DNA of 64,000 bases from Candidatus Rariloculaceae bacterium (GTDB taxonomy: Bacteria; Pseudomonadota; Gammaproteobacteria; Steroidobacterales; Rariloculaceae). Both the position numbers and the translations under genes were made by a program. The stretch spans positions 17,704 through 81,703 of the forward strand of contig OZ242032.1 in NCBI GenBank assembly GCA_965205045.1, in the 5' to 3' direction. Below are positions 34,490 to 43,069 of this stretch, one piece after another. The notes under the pieces are model-generated. The model had not been told where the DNA came from. It worked only from the letters and a program-made list of their open reading frames with translations, and made no database searches. Each line of letters starts with the position of its first letter. Within the stretch, counting starts at the first letter, position 1.

Positions 34490-34506
34490 CGCAGTGACGC
34501 ATTTTA
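34471..34506 (+). terminator. Rho-independent terminator candidate
   Basis: gcgtcactgcg / loop gcccctag / cgcagtgacgc, followed by atttta. Confidence 0.5.
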
Positions 34507-34801
34507 GCGGCATGTTGTAAGTGATTGTCCTTCAAGGACATCCCAGGGCTTTCGGGCGTAATGCCTCCCCGTGCCCTACCCGTGACGGACCCGGCCGTGT
34601 CCGCGCTCAATGGAGCGTCAACCGTGACGGCTTGCCGTAATCGCACAACCGTCCGCGAGGCGGTTGTCGTCCAAACAAAGGCGGTGTCTCAGCACTGCCG
34701 AGGACAAGGCGCAACCCCGCGCCCCCTGGCCCTTCTTGCCATTCCCACCAGCGGTGAGGATGCGGGCCATTTACTCTCACCACACGGAAGATCTTCGGGG
34801 T

Positions 34802-35689
34802 ATGTTGCAACTGGAGTTCGAGCTCAAGAAGCTGTGCCGTGAGCACCGCGTCGACGGGCGCACCACGCAGGGCGATCGGCTGGAACTGGCGGCTACCGTG
34901 GCGCGCGATCTCGACGCCTCCGGCCATCACAAGTTCTCCCGCCTCAAGGGCGCCTCAAGAAAGTTCAAGGACAAGCACGTCCGTTCCCTCGTGGAGCACT
35001 GGGTCGGCAAGGACCTGAGCCCGGGGACGATCAACAACCGGCTGGCCCTCCTGCGTCGCATCTGTGACTGGACGGGCCGCAGGGGCGTGATGTCGAGGAA
35101 GAACGCCGACTACCACGACGGCAGGCGTGTGCGCGCCGCCACGGTGAGCAAGGCGGTGTACGTCCAGCCGGACGTCCTGAGCCGGGTGCAGAACCGCTAT
35201 GCGCGGGCGTCGCTGGGGTTGCAGGTGGCCTTCGGCCTGCGCCGCAAGGAGGCGCTGATGATCCAGCCCGCCCTGGCCGACCGGGGCAACCGTCTGGTGC
35301 TCCAGGGTACCTGGACGAAGGGCGGGCGGCAGCGGGAGATTCCGCTGACCACGGCGGCGCAGCGTGAAGCCCTGGACCATGCCAAGGCGGTGGCAGGCAA
35401 GGGTTCGCTGATTCCGCCGTCCTTGTCGTACAAGGGCTACCGCGACGGGCTGTGGCAGGCGGCCTGCAAGCGCATCGGCCTGACAGGCACGCACGGCTTC
35501 CGTCACGCCTATGCGCAGGCCCGCTACGAGGTGCTGGCGGGGTTCGCCTGTCCGGTGCGCGGCGGGCCGAAACGGGATGAGATGACGGCCGCGCAGCTGC
35601 AGGCCGACGAGTGGGCCAGGGACCGGGTGTCGTCGGAGCTCGGGCACGGTCGCCAGAGGGTGACGAACTGGTATCTTGGAAAGAGGTAA
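34802..35689 (+). CDS. Tyrosine recombinase (phage-integrase family, plasmid-type); start uncertain (34760 or 34802)
   Basis: ..LGLQVAFGLRRKEALMI..TWTKGGRQREIPL..THGFRHAYAQARYE..ELGHGRQRVTNWYLGK. Paralog at 54598-55473. Confidence 0.8.
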   Translation: MLQLEFELKKLCREHRVDGRTTQGDRLELAATVARDLDASGHHKFSRLKGASRKFKDKHVRSLVEHWVGKDLSPGTINNRLALLRRICDWTGRRGVMSRKNADYHDGRRVRAATVSKAVYVQPDVLSRVQNRYARASLGLQVAFGLRRKEALMIQPALADRGNRLVLQGTWTKGGRQREIPLTTAAQREALDHAKAVAGKGSLIPPSLSYKGYRDGLWQAACKRIGLTGTHGFRHAYAQARYEVLAGFACPVRGGPKRDEMTAAQLQADEWARDRVSSELGHGRQRVTNWYLGKR

Positions 35690-35700
35690 GAGGTAAACGG

Positions 35701-35973
35701 ATGGCCAAATCCACCAAAATCAGCATTACGTTGCCGCCGGCGTCGTACGCCATTTTGCAGCAGGCGGCGCAGGACAACGGCATCAACGGCGCTGCCGCCG
35801 CCTCACTCATCCTGCAGGCGGCCTTGGCGCGGCGGGTCAGCAGCCTGGTGCCGAAGCGCCCGCAGCCGGCGAAGAGCGGATCGAGCGGCAAGGCGACGGC
35901 TGAGACGCCGGTCGCAGAACCTGGGCGCCCCGCGGCTGCGGCGGACGCAGCGCCGCCGCCCAGGTTGCCCTGA
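35701..35973 (+). CDS. Small RHH-like protein with Ala/Pro-rich tail
   Basis: MAKSTKISITLPPASYAILQQAAQDNGINGAAAASLILQAAL.. It starts 12 nt after the integrase stop. Confidence 0.5.
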   Translation: MAKSTKISITLPPASYAILQQAAQDNGINGAAAASLILQAALARRVSSLVPKRPQPAKSGSSGKATAETPVAEPGRPAAAADAAPPPRLP

Positions 35974-36046
35974 GCCTCGGACGTGGGACGACCGTCGGCA
36001 TGGAGCATAACCTAGACCCCTTGTAAGTATTCGGAAGGGGTCAGAC

Positions 36047-37261
36047 GTGTCGAGATTGAGGATGAAGGTACGCAGAGCCCACAGGATCGCGCTTGAGCCG
36101 ACAGGTCAGCAGCGCCAGCAGTTCGTGCGGGCGGCTGGCTGTGCCCGTTTCGCGTGGAACTGGGCGCTGGCCGAGTGGAACCGCCAGTACAAGGCCGGCG
36201 GCAAGCCTACGGCCAACGCGCTGAAAAAGCAGTTCAACGCTGTCAAGCGCGACCTGTTCCCCTGGCTCTACGAATCCCCCAAGGACGCGAACCTCCAGCC
36301 GTTCACCAATCTGCACGAGGCGTTTCAGCGCTTCTTCAAGAAGCTTGCGAAGTACCCGGCCTTCAAGAAGAAAGGCAGGTGCAGGGACAGCTTCTACGTC
36401 TCCAACGACAAGTTTCGGCTCGACGCTAAGCGCGTTCGGCTGCCCAGGATCGGCTGGGTGGCCATGCGGGAAGCGCTGCGCTTTGACGGCAAGGTTCTCG
36501 GCGCCACCGTTACCCGTACGGCTGACCGTTGGTTCCTGTCCGTCCAGGTCGAGACCGAGGTCTTCCCCCTTCAACAAGTTCAGGGCAGGCTATCACGAAG
36601 CGAAACCCAAGCAAACGTGGTGGGGGTGGACCTCGGCATCAAGCATCTGGCGGTCCTGAGCGATGGGCGGACGTTCGACAACCCGAAGCCGCTGCGTCGC
36701 GCCTTGCGAAAGCTGCGGCGGCTGAACCGCAGGCTGCACCGGAAGTCCCGTGGTTCGGCCAATCGCCACAGGGCAGCCATGCGTGTGGCGCGGTTGCACG
36801 CCCGGATCGCCAGCGTGCGGCAAGATGTTCTGCACAAGCTGACGACGGCGCTGGCCCGCGACTACGACCACGTCGTCATCGAGGACCTGAACGTCAAGGG
36901 CATGTTGTGCAATCGGAAACTGGCACGGGCGATTGCCGACGTGGGACTGCACGAGTTGCGCCGCCAATTGGCGTACAAGGCAGAAGTGGAAAAGACCGCG
37001 GTGACGGTTGCCGATCGCTGGTATGCGTCGTCGAAGACGTGTTCGGGCTGCGGAGCCATCAAGACGACTCTGTCGTTGTCGGAACGCGAGTATGTGTGTA
37101 TAGCATGCGGCCTGGTCAAGGACCGGGACTGGAACGCCGCATGCAATCTGGAACGATACCCCGGGCTTCGGGGGAATCCGACGCCTGTGGACACGGGGGC
37201 GCTGGCCGAGCCGTCATGGGTCGGTGAAACTCCGGTGGACGAAGCAGGAATTCATGCGTAG
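36047..37261 (+). CDS. tnpB: Stand-alone TnpB (IS605 OrfB-type RuvC nuclease with zinc finger)
   Basis: ..VGVDLGIKHLAVLSDG..HVVIEDLNVKGM..WYASSKTCSGCGAIKTTLSLSEREYVCIACGLVKDRDWNAACNL.. Confidence 0.85.
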   Translation: MSRLRMKVRRAHRIALEPTGQQRQQFVRAAGCARFAWNWALAEWNRQYKAGGKPTANALKKQFNAVKRDLFPWLYESPKDANLQPFTNLHEAFQRFFKKLAKYPAFKKKGRCRDSFYVSNDKFRLDAKRVRLPRIGWVAMREALRFDGKVLGATVTRTADRWFLSVQVETEVFPLQQVQGRLSRSETQANVVGVDLGIKHLAVLSDGRTFDNPKPLRRALRKLRRLNRRLHRKSRGSANRHRAAMRVARLHARIASVRQDVLHKLTTALARDYDHVVIEDLNVKGMLCNRKLARAIADVGLHELRRQLAYKAEVEKTAVTVADRWYASSKTCSGCGAIKTTLSLSEREYVCIACGLVKDRDWNAACNLERYPGLRGNPTPVDTGALAEPSWVGETPVDEAGIHA

Positions 37262-37424
37262 CAACTTGCATGCTTGTGCATACAAGTGAATACGCTGGAA
37301 AGAGCAGAAGGGCCTGGCACTCTGGAATGATGAGATCAGGAAGCGGCTGCAGAGAATCGAGGACGACGTCGCCACCATCAAGAAGTCGCTGCCGGGTGAG
37401 CAGCCTCCTATCGATCCGCGGCAC

Positions 37425-37679
37425 GTGGCCGAGCGCCTGGGCCTGAGGCCGGCCGAGGGCCGGGTAGCGGCCGCGTTGGCCGAGGGCAACACGACGCGCG
37501 ACATCGCCGAGGCAACGGGGTGCACCGTGGGCACGGTTCGGTATCAGTTCAAGCAAATATACCGTAAGCTGAATATCTCAACCCAGGCGCAACTGGTGCG
37601 TGTTGTCCTGTTGTTGCCGCACAGCAGGGCCACGAGCTGCAAGGCTGACGCAGAATCCGCTCTCAGAAGTCTGATCTAA
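37425..37679 (+). CDS. LuxR/GerE-type HTH fragment (probably the 3' remnant of a regulator truncated by the TnpB insertion)
   Basis: ..LGLRPAEGRVAAALAEGNTTRDIAEATGCTVGTVRYQFKQIYRKLNISTQAQLVRVVL. The frame is open back to ~37293 without an ATG. Paralogous to the C-terminus of 58521-59510. Confidence 0.5.
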   Translation: MAERLGLRPAEGRVAAALAEGNTTRDIAEATGCTVGTVRYQFKQIYRKLNISTQAQLVRVVLLLPHSRATSCKADAESALRSLI

Positions 37680-38892
37680 TCTCAACAATCTGTGCTAATC
37701 TGTTGATCCCAGTGCTTCCGTTGACGCTTCGCAGGTCGCTGCCGCCCGAAGACGGTCTTACATGGCCTCCACGTCCGTTTGGCGCCTCCGACGAGCTGCC
37801 GGCGGCATATCGCTCCAGGTTCCTTGCCGCGTTCAGGTCCCGGTCCAGCGACACACCGCAGTCGCACGAATACGTGCGAACGTTTAACGGCATCGCCTGA
37901 ACCTGACCACAGTTGCTACACAGCTTCGTGGACGCAAACCAGCGGTCGGCCTGAACCAAGCGTACGCCGTGCGCTGCGCACTTGTACTTGAGCTTGCTGA
38001 CGAAGCCGCTCATGCCGGCATCCGACACGGCCCGCGCCAGCCGACGGTTCTTCACCATGCCGCTCACGTTCAGGTCTTCAACGACAATACAGGCGGCGCG
38101 CCGCACGATCTCCGTGCCGGCCTTGTGCTGGGCGTCACTGCGCAGGCAGGCCGCCTTGTAATGGGCCGCCGCCAACTTGTGCCGCGTGCGCTGGCGGCGC
38201 TTCGACGCCTTGTGGCGACCGTGAAGGCGCAGCGACCGCGAAAGCGCCTTGTTGTACCGGCGTATCTTTCGCCGCTGGGCAGCCTCCGCGCGAGGGTTGG
38301 CATACACCATGCCGTCCGAACAGGTAGCCAAGGTCTTCACACCCATGTCCACGCCCACCACCCGGCCATCCTTCGCCTCCGGTGCTTCCCTGCCGTCCTC
38401 TACACAGACGCAGGCGAACCAGCGACCGGCATCGCGCTTGACCGTACATTCCAGCACGCTGCCATCAAAGCGCAGCGCCTCATGCATGCGAAGGCTGCCT
38501 ATCCTTGGCAAGTGGATGCGCCGGCCACGAGAGTGCACCGTTCCGGGGCCGTTGTCGGCGCGAAAGGCCGCCTTGTCCCGCCGTGACTTGAAGCGCGGAA
38601 AGCGGTTTTTCTGCTTGTCGCTGCGCCACGCCTTGACCGCGTCGCCGAGTTGGATGATGGCGTACTTGGCGGCGTTCTGCGACAGCTCCCTGCACCACGG
38701 ATAGCGCCCTGCCTTGACCCGGTTCCAGCGCGGACGCAACTCGTAGTGCGACCGCCATTCGCCCTGGTCGAGGCCATCCTTGAAGTCGGCCAAGGCGTGG
38801 TTGTACGCCACGCGGGCGTAGCCGGCGTGCTGCGCCAAGCGCCGAGCCTGCCTGGGCGTTGGATCAAGGGCGATCTTGTGGGTACGGATCAC
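37663..38892 (-). CDS. tnpB: TnpB (RuvC + zinc finger)
   Basis: MIRTHKIALDPTPRQ..VGVDMGVKTLATCSDG..IVVEDLNVSGM..WFASTKLCSNCGQVQAMPLNVRTYSCDCGVSLDRDLNAARNL.. Confidence 0.85.
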   Translation of the reverse strand: MIRTHKIALDPTPRQARRLAQHAGYARVAYNHALADFKDGLDQGEWRSHYELRPRWNRVKAGRYPWCRELSQNAAKYAIIQLGDAVKAWRSDKQKNRFPRFKSRRDKAAFRADNGPGTVHSRGRRIHLPRIGSLRMHEALRFDGSVLECTVKRDAGRWFACVCVEDGREAPEAKDGRVVGVDMGVKTLATCSDGMVYANPRAEAAQRRKIRRYNKALSRSLRLHGRHKASKRRQRTRHKLAAAHYKAACLRSDAQHKAGTEIVRRAACIVVEDLNVSGMVKNRRLARAVSDAGMSGFVSKLKYKCAAHGVRLVQADRWFASTKLCSNCGQVQAMPLNVRTYSCDCGVSLDRDLNAARNLERYAAGSSSEAPNGRGGHVRPSSGGSDLRSVNGSTGINRLAQIVEIRSDF

Positions 38893-39488
38893 GCGATACT
38901 GTCTCTCAGCGTCTCCATGACGCGCTTGTGCGACCGGGCACCGTAGAGCCGGGCACTGAACACCGTGATGATCTCCAGCACGTCCTGGGCGAGTTCTTCC
39001 TCAAAGCTCGGCTGCTCGCCCTGGTGGATCATCACGATCTCGATGCCCTGGCGTTCGCACAAGGCAAACACCAACTCGGCGCCAAAGCGCAGCAGGCGGT
39101 CCTTGTGGGTCAGGACGAGGCGCTTCATCTGCCGCCGCAGGATCAGGTCCAAGAGGCGTTGCAGGCCCTTGTTGCGGTAGTTCATGCCGGAGCCCAGGTC
39201 GCGGATGACTTCCGATCGCCAGCCCTTGGCCGCACAGTAGGCTTCCAGCACGGCGTGCTGGCGGTCCAGGTCGGCCTTTTGATCGTGGGACGACACGCGG
39301 GCGTAACAGATGGTCGGCGCGGATTCGTTTGCCACGCCCAACAGGTCGGAGACAGCGTAATAGCGGGTGCCGCCCTTCGTCTTGCGGGTCGGCAGCAATT
39401 CCCCGGACTGTTCCCATTTACGCAGTTGCCCCGGCGTTGTGCCCAATACCGCGGCGGCGGCACCTATTTTCAGTAATCGCCTTTCCAT
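38889..39488 (-). CDS. tnpA: IS607-family serine recombinase
   Basis: ..LLKIGAAAAVLGTTPGQLRKWE..ICYARVSSHDQKADLDRQ..THKDRLLRFG.. Confidence 0.85.
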   Translation of the reverse strand: MERRLLKIGAAAAVLGTTPGQLRKWEQSGELLPTRKTKGGTRYYAVSDLLGVANESAPTICYARVSSHDQKADLDRQHAVLEAYCAAKGWRSEVIRDLGSGMNYRNKGLQRLLDLILRRQMKRLVLTHKDRLLRFGAELVFALCERQGIEIVMIHQGEQPSFEEELAQDVLEIITVFSARLYGARSHKRVMETLRDSIA

Positions 39489-39774
39489 AAGATGATATTA
39501 GAATAAATTAGAAAATATATTAACAAGCAGTCGCTACCCCCCGGGCACTGCGACCGGTAAGGCTGCAAGAGAACAATATCTTGTTGCGAGTCAGACTCTC
39601 GGACCGTCGTTGCCGCCGATGGCCAGGATATCGCGGCGCCGGTTAGCCCACTATTACCGCCACAACTCGCGCTTGAGCGGGGACGACCCTGAGGGAGGAT
39701 CGGACTTGCGTGGCGTTATTGCCGACAACAAGGCGAAACGGGCGGCACACCGCCGTCGCCATGAAGGCTTTCAC

Positions 39775-40650
39775 ATGCCGATGTCCACCGTGCGCGCCGT
39801 GCGCCGCAGCCTCGGCTTCTGTCTGCTGTTGCTCGCCCTGGTGCCTTGGGTCGCGTCGGCCTATACGTCGGTCGACACCGAGGCGCTGTTTCCTGAACAA
39901 CGAAGCTGGCATACCGCAGGCCAAGGCTGGCACGGCGGGTTGGCAACCCATCTCACCCTGCTCGATGAGGCGACGGCCTGGCTGCCTGCCGGCGAGGTCT
40001 CCCTCGACATCGACCCTGGCGCCCTGATGGTTGCGAGGGTCGGATACGACGTGGGCCCTCTGCGTTTCGGTCAAGAGGTTGCCTGGCACCGGGCGCCGCT
40101 GAGCGCCTTCTCCGCGGAGGGACTGGAGATCGGCGTCACCGGCGAGATTTCACAGTTGAAGCTGCTGTCCAGGAACCGGCTCGCCCTGCGGTTCGCTCCC
40201 GGGTCGCCTCACACGGCTTACGTCAGCCTGGGCCTGGGCGCCTCGCAGGCGGAAATCGAGTTTGAAGACCAAGCCACCGGTCTGGCCTACAACGACACGC
40301 ACTGGGCGATGGTCTATGAGGTGCTGGCGGGAGTGGTCAGCCGGTTCGCGAATGACGACAGACTGCGAATCGGCATCAGGGCGACAAACGCCGAACCGGT
40401 CAACAGGGTGCTGGCCGACGGCTGGTTCAACTTCAGGCTCATTCGCAGTTCGCCTCACCGCGCCTACTTCGGCGGCAGCATCGGCGCCGTCGACTCAAGC
40501 GCCAAAGACTGGTCGGCGGGCTATCAACTGGGCGCCGGCATGGGCTTTCAGATAGCGGACCGGACCGTCCTCGGAGTCGACTACCGGTACGTCGCAATGC
40601 CGAGCTTCACCGCGCACACGCCCGGCATCAGTATCCGTTATAACTTTTGA
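39775..40650 (+). CDS. Outer-membrane beta-barrel protein
   Basis: Signal peptide MPMSTVRAVRRSLGFCLLLLALVPWVASAY. Alternating strand pattern. C-terminal ..GISIRYNF (terminal aromatic). Confidence 0.7.
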   Translation: MPMSTVRAVRRSLGFCLLLLALVPWVASAYTSVDTEALFPEQRSWHTAGQGWHGGLATHLTLLDEATAWLPAGEVSLDIDPGALMVARVGYDVGPLRFGQEVAWHRAPLSAFSAEGLEIGVTGEISQLKLLSRNRLALRFAPGSPHTAYVSLGLGASQAEIEFEDQATGLAYNDTHWAMVYEVLAGVVSRFANDDRLRIGIRATNAEPVNRVLADGWFNFRLIRSSPHRAYFGGSIGAVDSSAKDWSAGYQLGAGMGFQIADRTVLGVDYRYVAMPSFTAHTPGISIRYNF

Positions 40651-40712
40651 AGTTGAAGAAGGGTCTGTCGGGCTCAAACTTGGCGGTCTCGCAAGAGCAC
40701 GCCGACTGCCGA

Positions 40713-40795
40713 CAACGGTGAACCGGTCATAGGACGTGGCAAAGATGGCTTATTCTGGTGGATTGTCAGCGGCAGCGATGCAGCTTCCTTACCCG
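40713..40795 (+). other. ~83-bp relic of the same group II intron family seen at 60.1-60.7 kb (internal piece fused to the domain VI end)
   Basis: caacggtgaaccggtcataggacgtggcaaagatggcttattctggtggat .. cagcggcagcgatgcagcttccttaccc matches the minus strand of 60293-60345 and 60133-60160. Confidence 0.45.
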
Positions 40796-40969
40796 GCGGC
40801 AGTTGCGGATTCGTGCAAGTGATGGCATCTGCATCCGCGTCGCAGCCTGGATTGTATGGTATCCTGCGGGCAAGCCTGCTTTGGGAGTATATTCACCTGT
40901 ACGTGCTCTGAATGCCCCACAGTTCTTGGTACTTCCTATTCCGCGGCCGACTCTGAAGGGGTTCCCTCC

Positions 40970-41998
40970 ATGAAAGCAGAGGCGAAACGGCTTGCCCCGG
41001 TGCTGGTTCTGTCGACCGGGCGCTGCGGCTCCACGATGGTGTCGGAAGTCCTGAACACGCATCCGCAGGTCCTCAGCCTGTCGGAGTTCTTCATTTCCCT
41101 GGGCATGAAGTCCCTGATCAGAAAGCGCCTGAGCGGCAAGGCCCTGTGGGGAATATGCTGCCGGCACAGCCCGGGGCTGCGGGCCATGCTGGCCGGCGAC
41201 CGCGACCGCATTCTCTACCCGTTCGACACGCCGCAGGCGCGCTACGCCACGCACGACGTACCGTCGATCCTGTGCGTGGCCCTGCCGCACCTGACGCCCG
41301 ACTACGAACGACTCTTCGAAGAACTGCAACCCGTCGTGCGGGGGCGGCCCAAGGCGACGCTGCCCGACCAGTACCTGTTCATGTTCGACTGGCTGTGCAA
41401 GCGGCTGGGCCGCCGCGTCTGGGTCGAGCGGTCGGGCGGCTCGCTGCTGTTCGGCCGGCGACTCATGGGGCTTTTTCCGCAGGCGCGGGTGGTCCATATC
41501 CACCGCGACGGCAGGGACACGGCCCTGTCGATGAGCAAGCATCCGGCGTTCAAGGCAGGACCGGCGCTGATGCAGCGGTTGCAGCGCATGGGCGTGGACC
41601 CGTACGGCGGCGACCCGGTTCCCAGCCTCAACCCGTTCACCCTGTTCAGGTTCCGCTTTGTCAACATGCAGAAGATGATGCGCCAGGGGGCCGCCATCGA
41701 GGCCTACGGCGAGTTGTGGAGCCGCATGATCCTGTCGAGCCGGGAATACCTGTCGCCGCTGCCGCCCGAGCACTTCCTGTCGCTGCGCTACGAAGACGTG
41801 CTGCAGCAGCCGCGCGAAAAGCTGCGCGAACTGATCGCCTTTATCGACCCGAGCCTGGTGGACGACGCCTGGCTGGATGCGGTAGCGCACATCCCGCGCC
41901 CCAATCCCTCCAAGTTTTCGCTGCTGGACGCGGCGGCGCAGCGGCGGCTCACCGACGTCTGCGCTCCGGGGCTGGAGGCATTGGGGTACAAAGCATAG
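40970..41998 (+). CDS. Sulfotransferase-family protein
   Basis: MKAEAKRLAPVLVLSTGRCGSTMVSEVLN.. carries a PAPS 5'-phosphosulfate-binding loop-like motif. ..VVHIHRDGRDTALSM.. Confidence 0.75.
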   Translation: MKAEAKRLAPVLVLSTGRCGSTMVSEVLNTHPQVLSLSEFFISLGMKSLIRKRLSGKALWGICCRHSPGLRAMLAGDRDRILYPFDTPQARYATHDVPSILCVALPHLTPDYERLFEELQPVVRGRPKATLPDQYLFMFDWLCKRLGRRVWVERSGGSLLFGRRLMGLFPQARVVHIHRDGRDTALSMSKHPAFKAGPALMQRLQRMGVDPYGGDPVPSLNPFTLFRFRFVNMQKMMRQGAAIEAYGELWSRMILSSREYLSPLPPEHFLSLRYEDVLQQPREKLRELIAFIDPSLVDDAWLDAVAHIPRPNPSKFSLLDAAAQRRLTDVCAPGLEALGYKA

Positions 41999-42020
41999 GA
42001 CGACCGCGAGAGGAGGGAAC

Positions 42021-43049
42021 GTGGAGCCAATTGCCCCGGTACTGGTTCTGTCTACCGGGCGTTGCGGTTCGACCATGGTGTCGGACGTATTGAACCTGCA
42101 CCCCGAGGTGCTCAGCCTGTCGGAAGTCTTCTCGCTTCTCGGGCCGCTGGCGCTGTTCAGGAAACGGCTCAGCGGCAAGGCCATGTGGGCGCTGTGCAGC
42201 CGCCAGAACCCGGCGCTGCGGGTGCTGCTGTCCGCCGACCCCATGCCGAGCGAGATCCTCTATCCCTTCGACGACCCGCACGCCCGCTACGCCACCCGCA
42301 ACGTGCCGCCCATCCTGTGCACCATGCTGCCGCACCTGACGCCGGACTACGAAAACCTGTACGACGATCTCGAACCCGTTGTGCGGGCGCGCCCGAAAGC
42401 GAACCTGGCGGACCAGTACCGGTACCTGTTCGACTGGCTGCGCCAGCACTTCGGGCGCCGCGTCTGGGTGGAGCGGTCGGGCGGCTCCCTGCTGTCCGTG
42501 CCCAGGCTGCGGCGGCTCTTTCCGGAGGCGCGCGTCGTCCACGTCTACCGCGACGGGCGGGACACGGCGCTGTCGATGAGCCGGCATCCCGCCTTCCAGA
42601 TCATGCTGGGCACCCTGGACAAATTGCAGCGCCTGGGGCTGAAGCCGCTCGACAACACGGCCGAGGCCGGACCCGTCGGTTCGCTGCTGGCGCTGGTCTT
42701 TCTGCGGCTCGTCAATCCCGCCAGGATGATCCGCCGGGAGTTCGACCTGGCGGCCTACGGCGGCCTGTGGAGCCAGATGATCCTGCGCGGCCAGAAGCTG
42801 CTGGCCGCCCTGCCGCCGGAGCAGGTGTTGGCGCTGCGCTACGAAGACGTGCTGCAGAACCCGCGCGACAAGCTGCGGGAGCTGATCGCGTTCATCGACC
42901 CGAGCCTGGCGACCGATGCCTGGCTGCATGAAGCCGCCCGCGTGCCGCGTGCGAATCCGCCCAGATACCTGTCGCTGGAGTCGGAGACGCAACGGCGGCT
43001 CACTGAGGCCTGTGCGCCGGGCCTGGAAGCGTTGGGGTACGCGACGTAA
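42021..43049 (+). CDS. Sulfotransferase-family protein (paralog)
   Basis: GTG start with GGAGGG 4 nt upstream. MEPIAPVLVLSTGRCGSTMVSDVLN..VVHVYRDGRDTALSM.. Confidence 0.75.
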   Translation: MEPIAPVLVLSTGRCGSTMVSDVLNLHPEVLSLSEVFSLLGPLALFRKRLSGKAMWALCSRQNPALRVLLSADPMPSEILYPFDDPHARYATRNVPPILCTMLPHLTPDYENLYDDLEPVVRARPKANLADQYRYLFDWLRQHFGRRVWVERSGGSLLSVPRLRRLFPEARVVHVYRDGRDTALSMSRHPAFQIMLGTLDKLQRLGLKPLDNTAEAGPVGSLLALVFLRLVNPARMIRREFDLAAYGGLWSQMILRGQKLLAALPPEQVLALRYEDVLQNPRDKLRELIAFIDPSLATDAWLHEAARVPRANPPRYLSLESETQRRLTEACAPGLEALGYAT

Positions 43050-43069
43050 CACCGTGAAGGCATGGAACG

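Larger units (their letters stand above)
37640..39500 (-). mobile_element. IS607-family element (tnpA + tnpB); ends approximate
   Basis: Serine recombinase and TnpB overlap by 4 nt. Confidence 0.7.
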
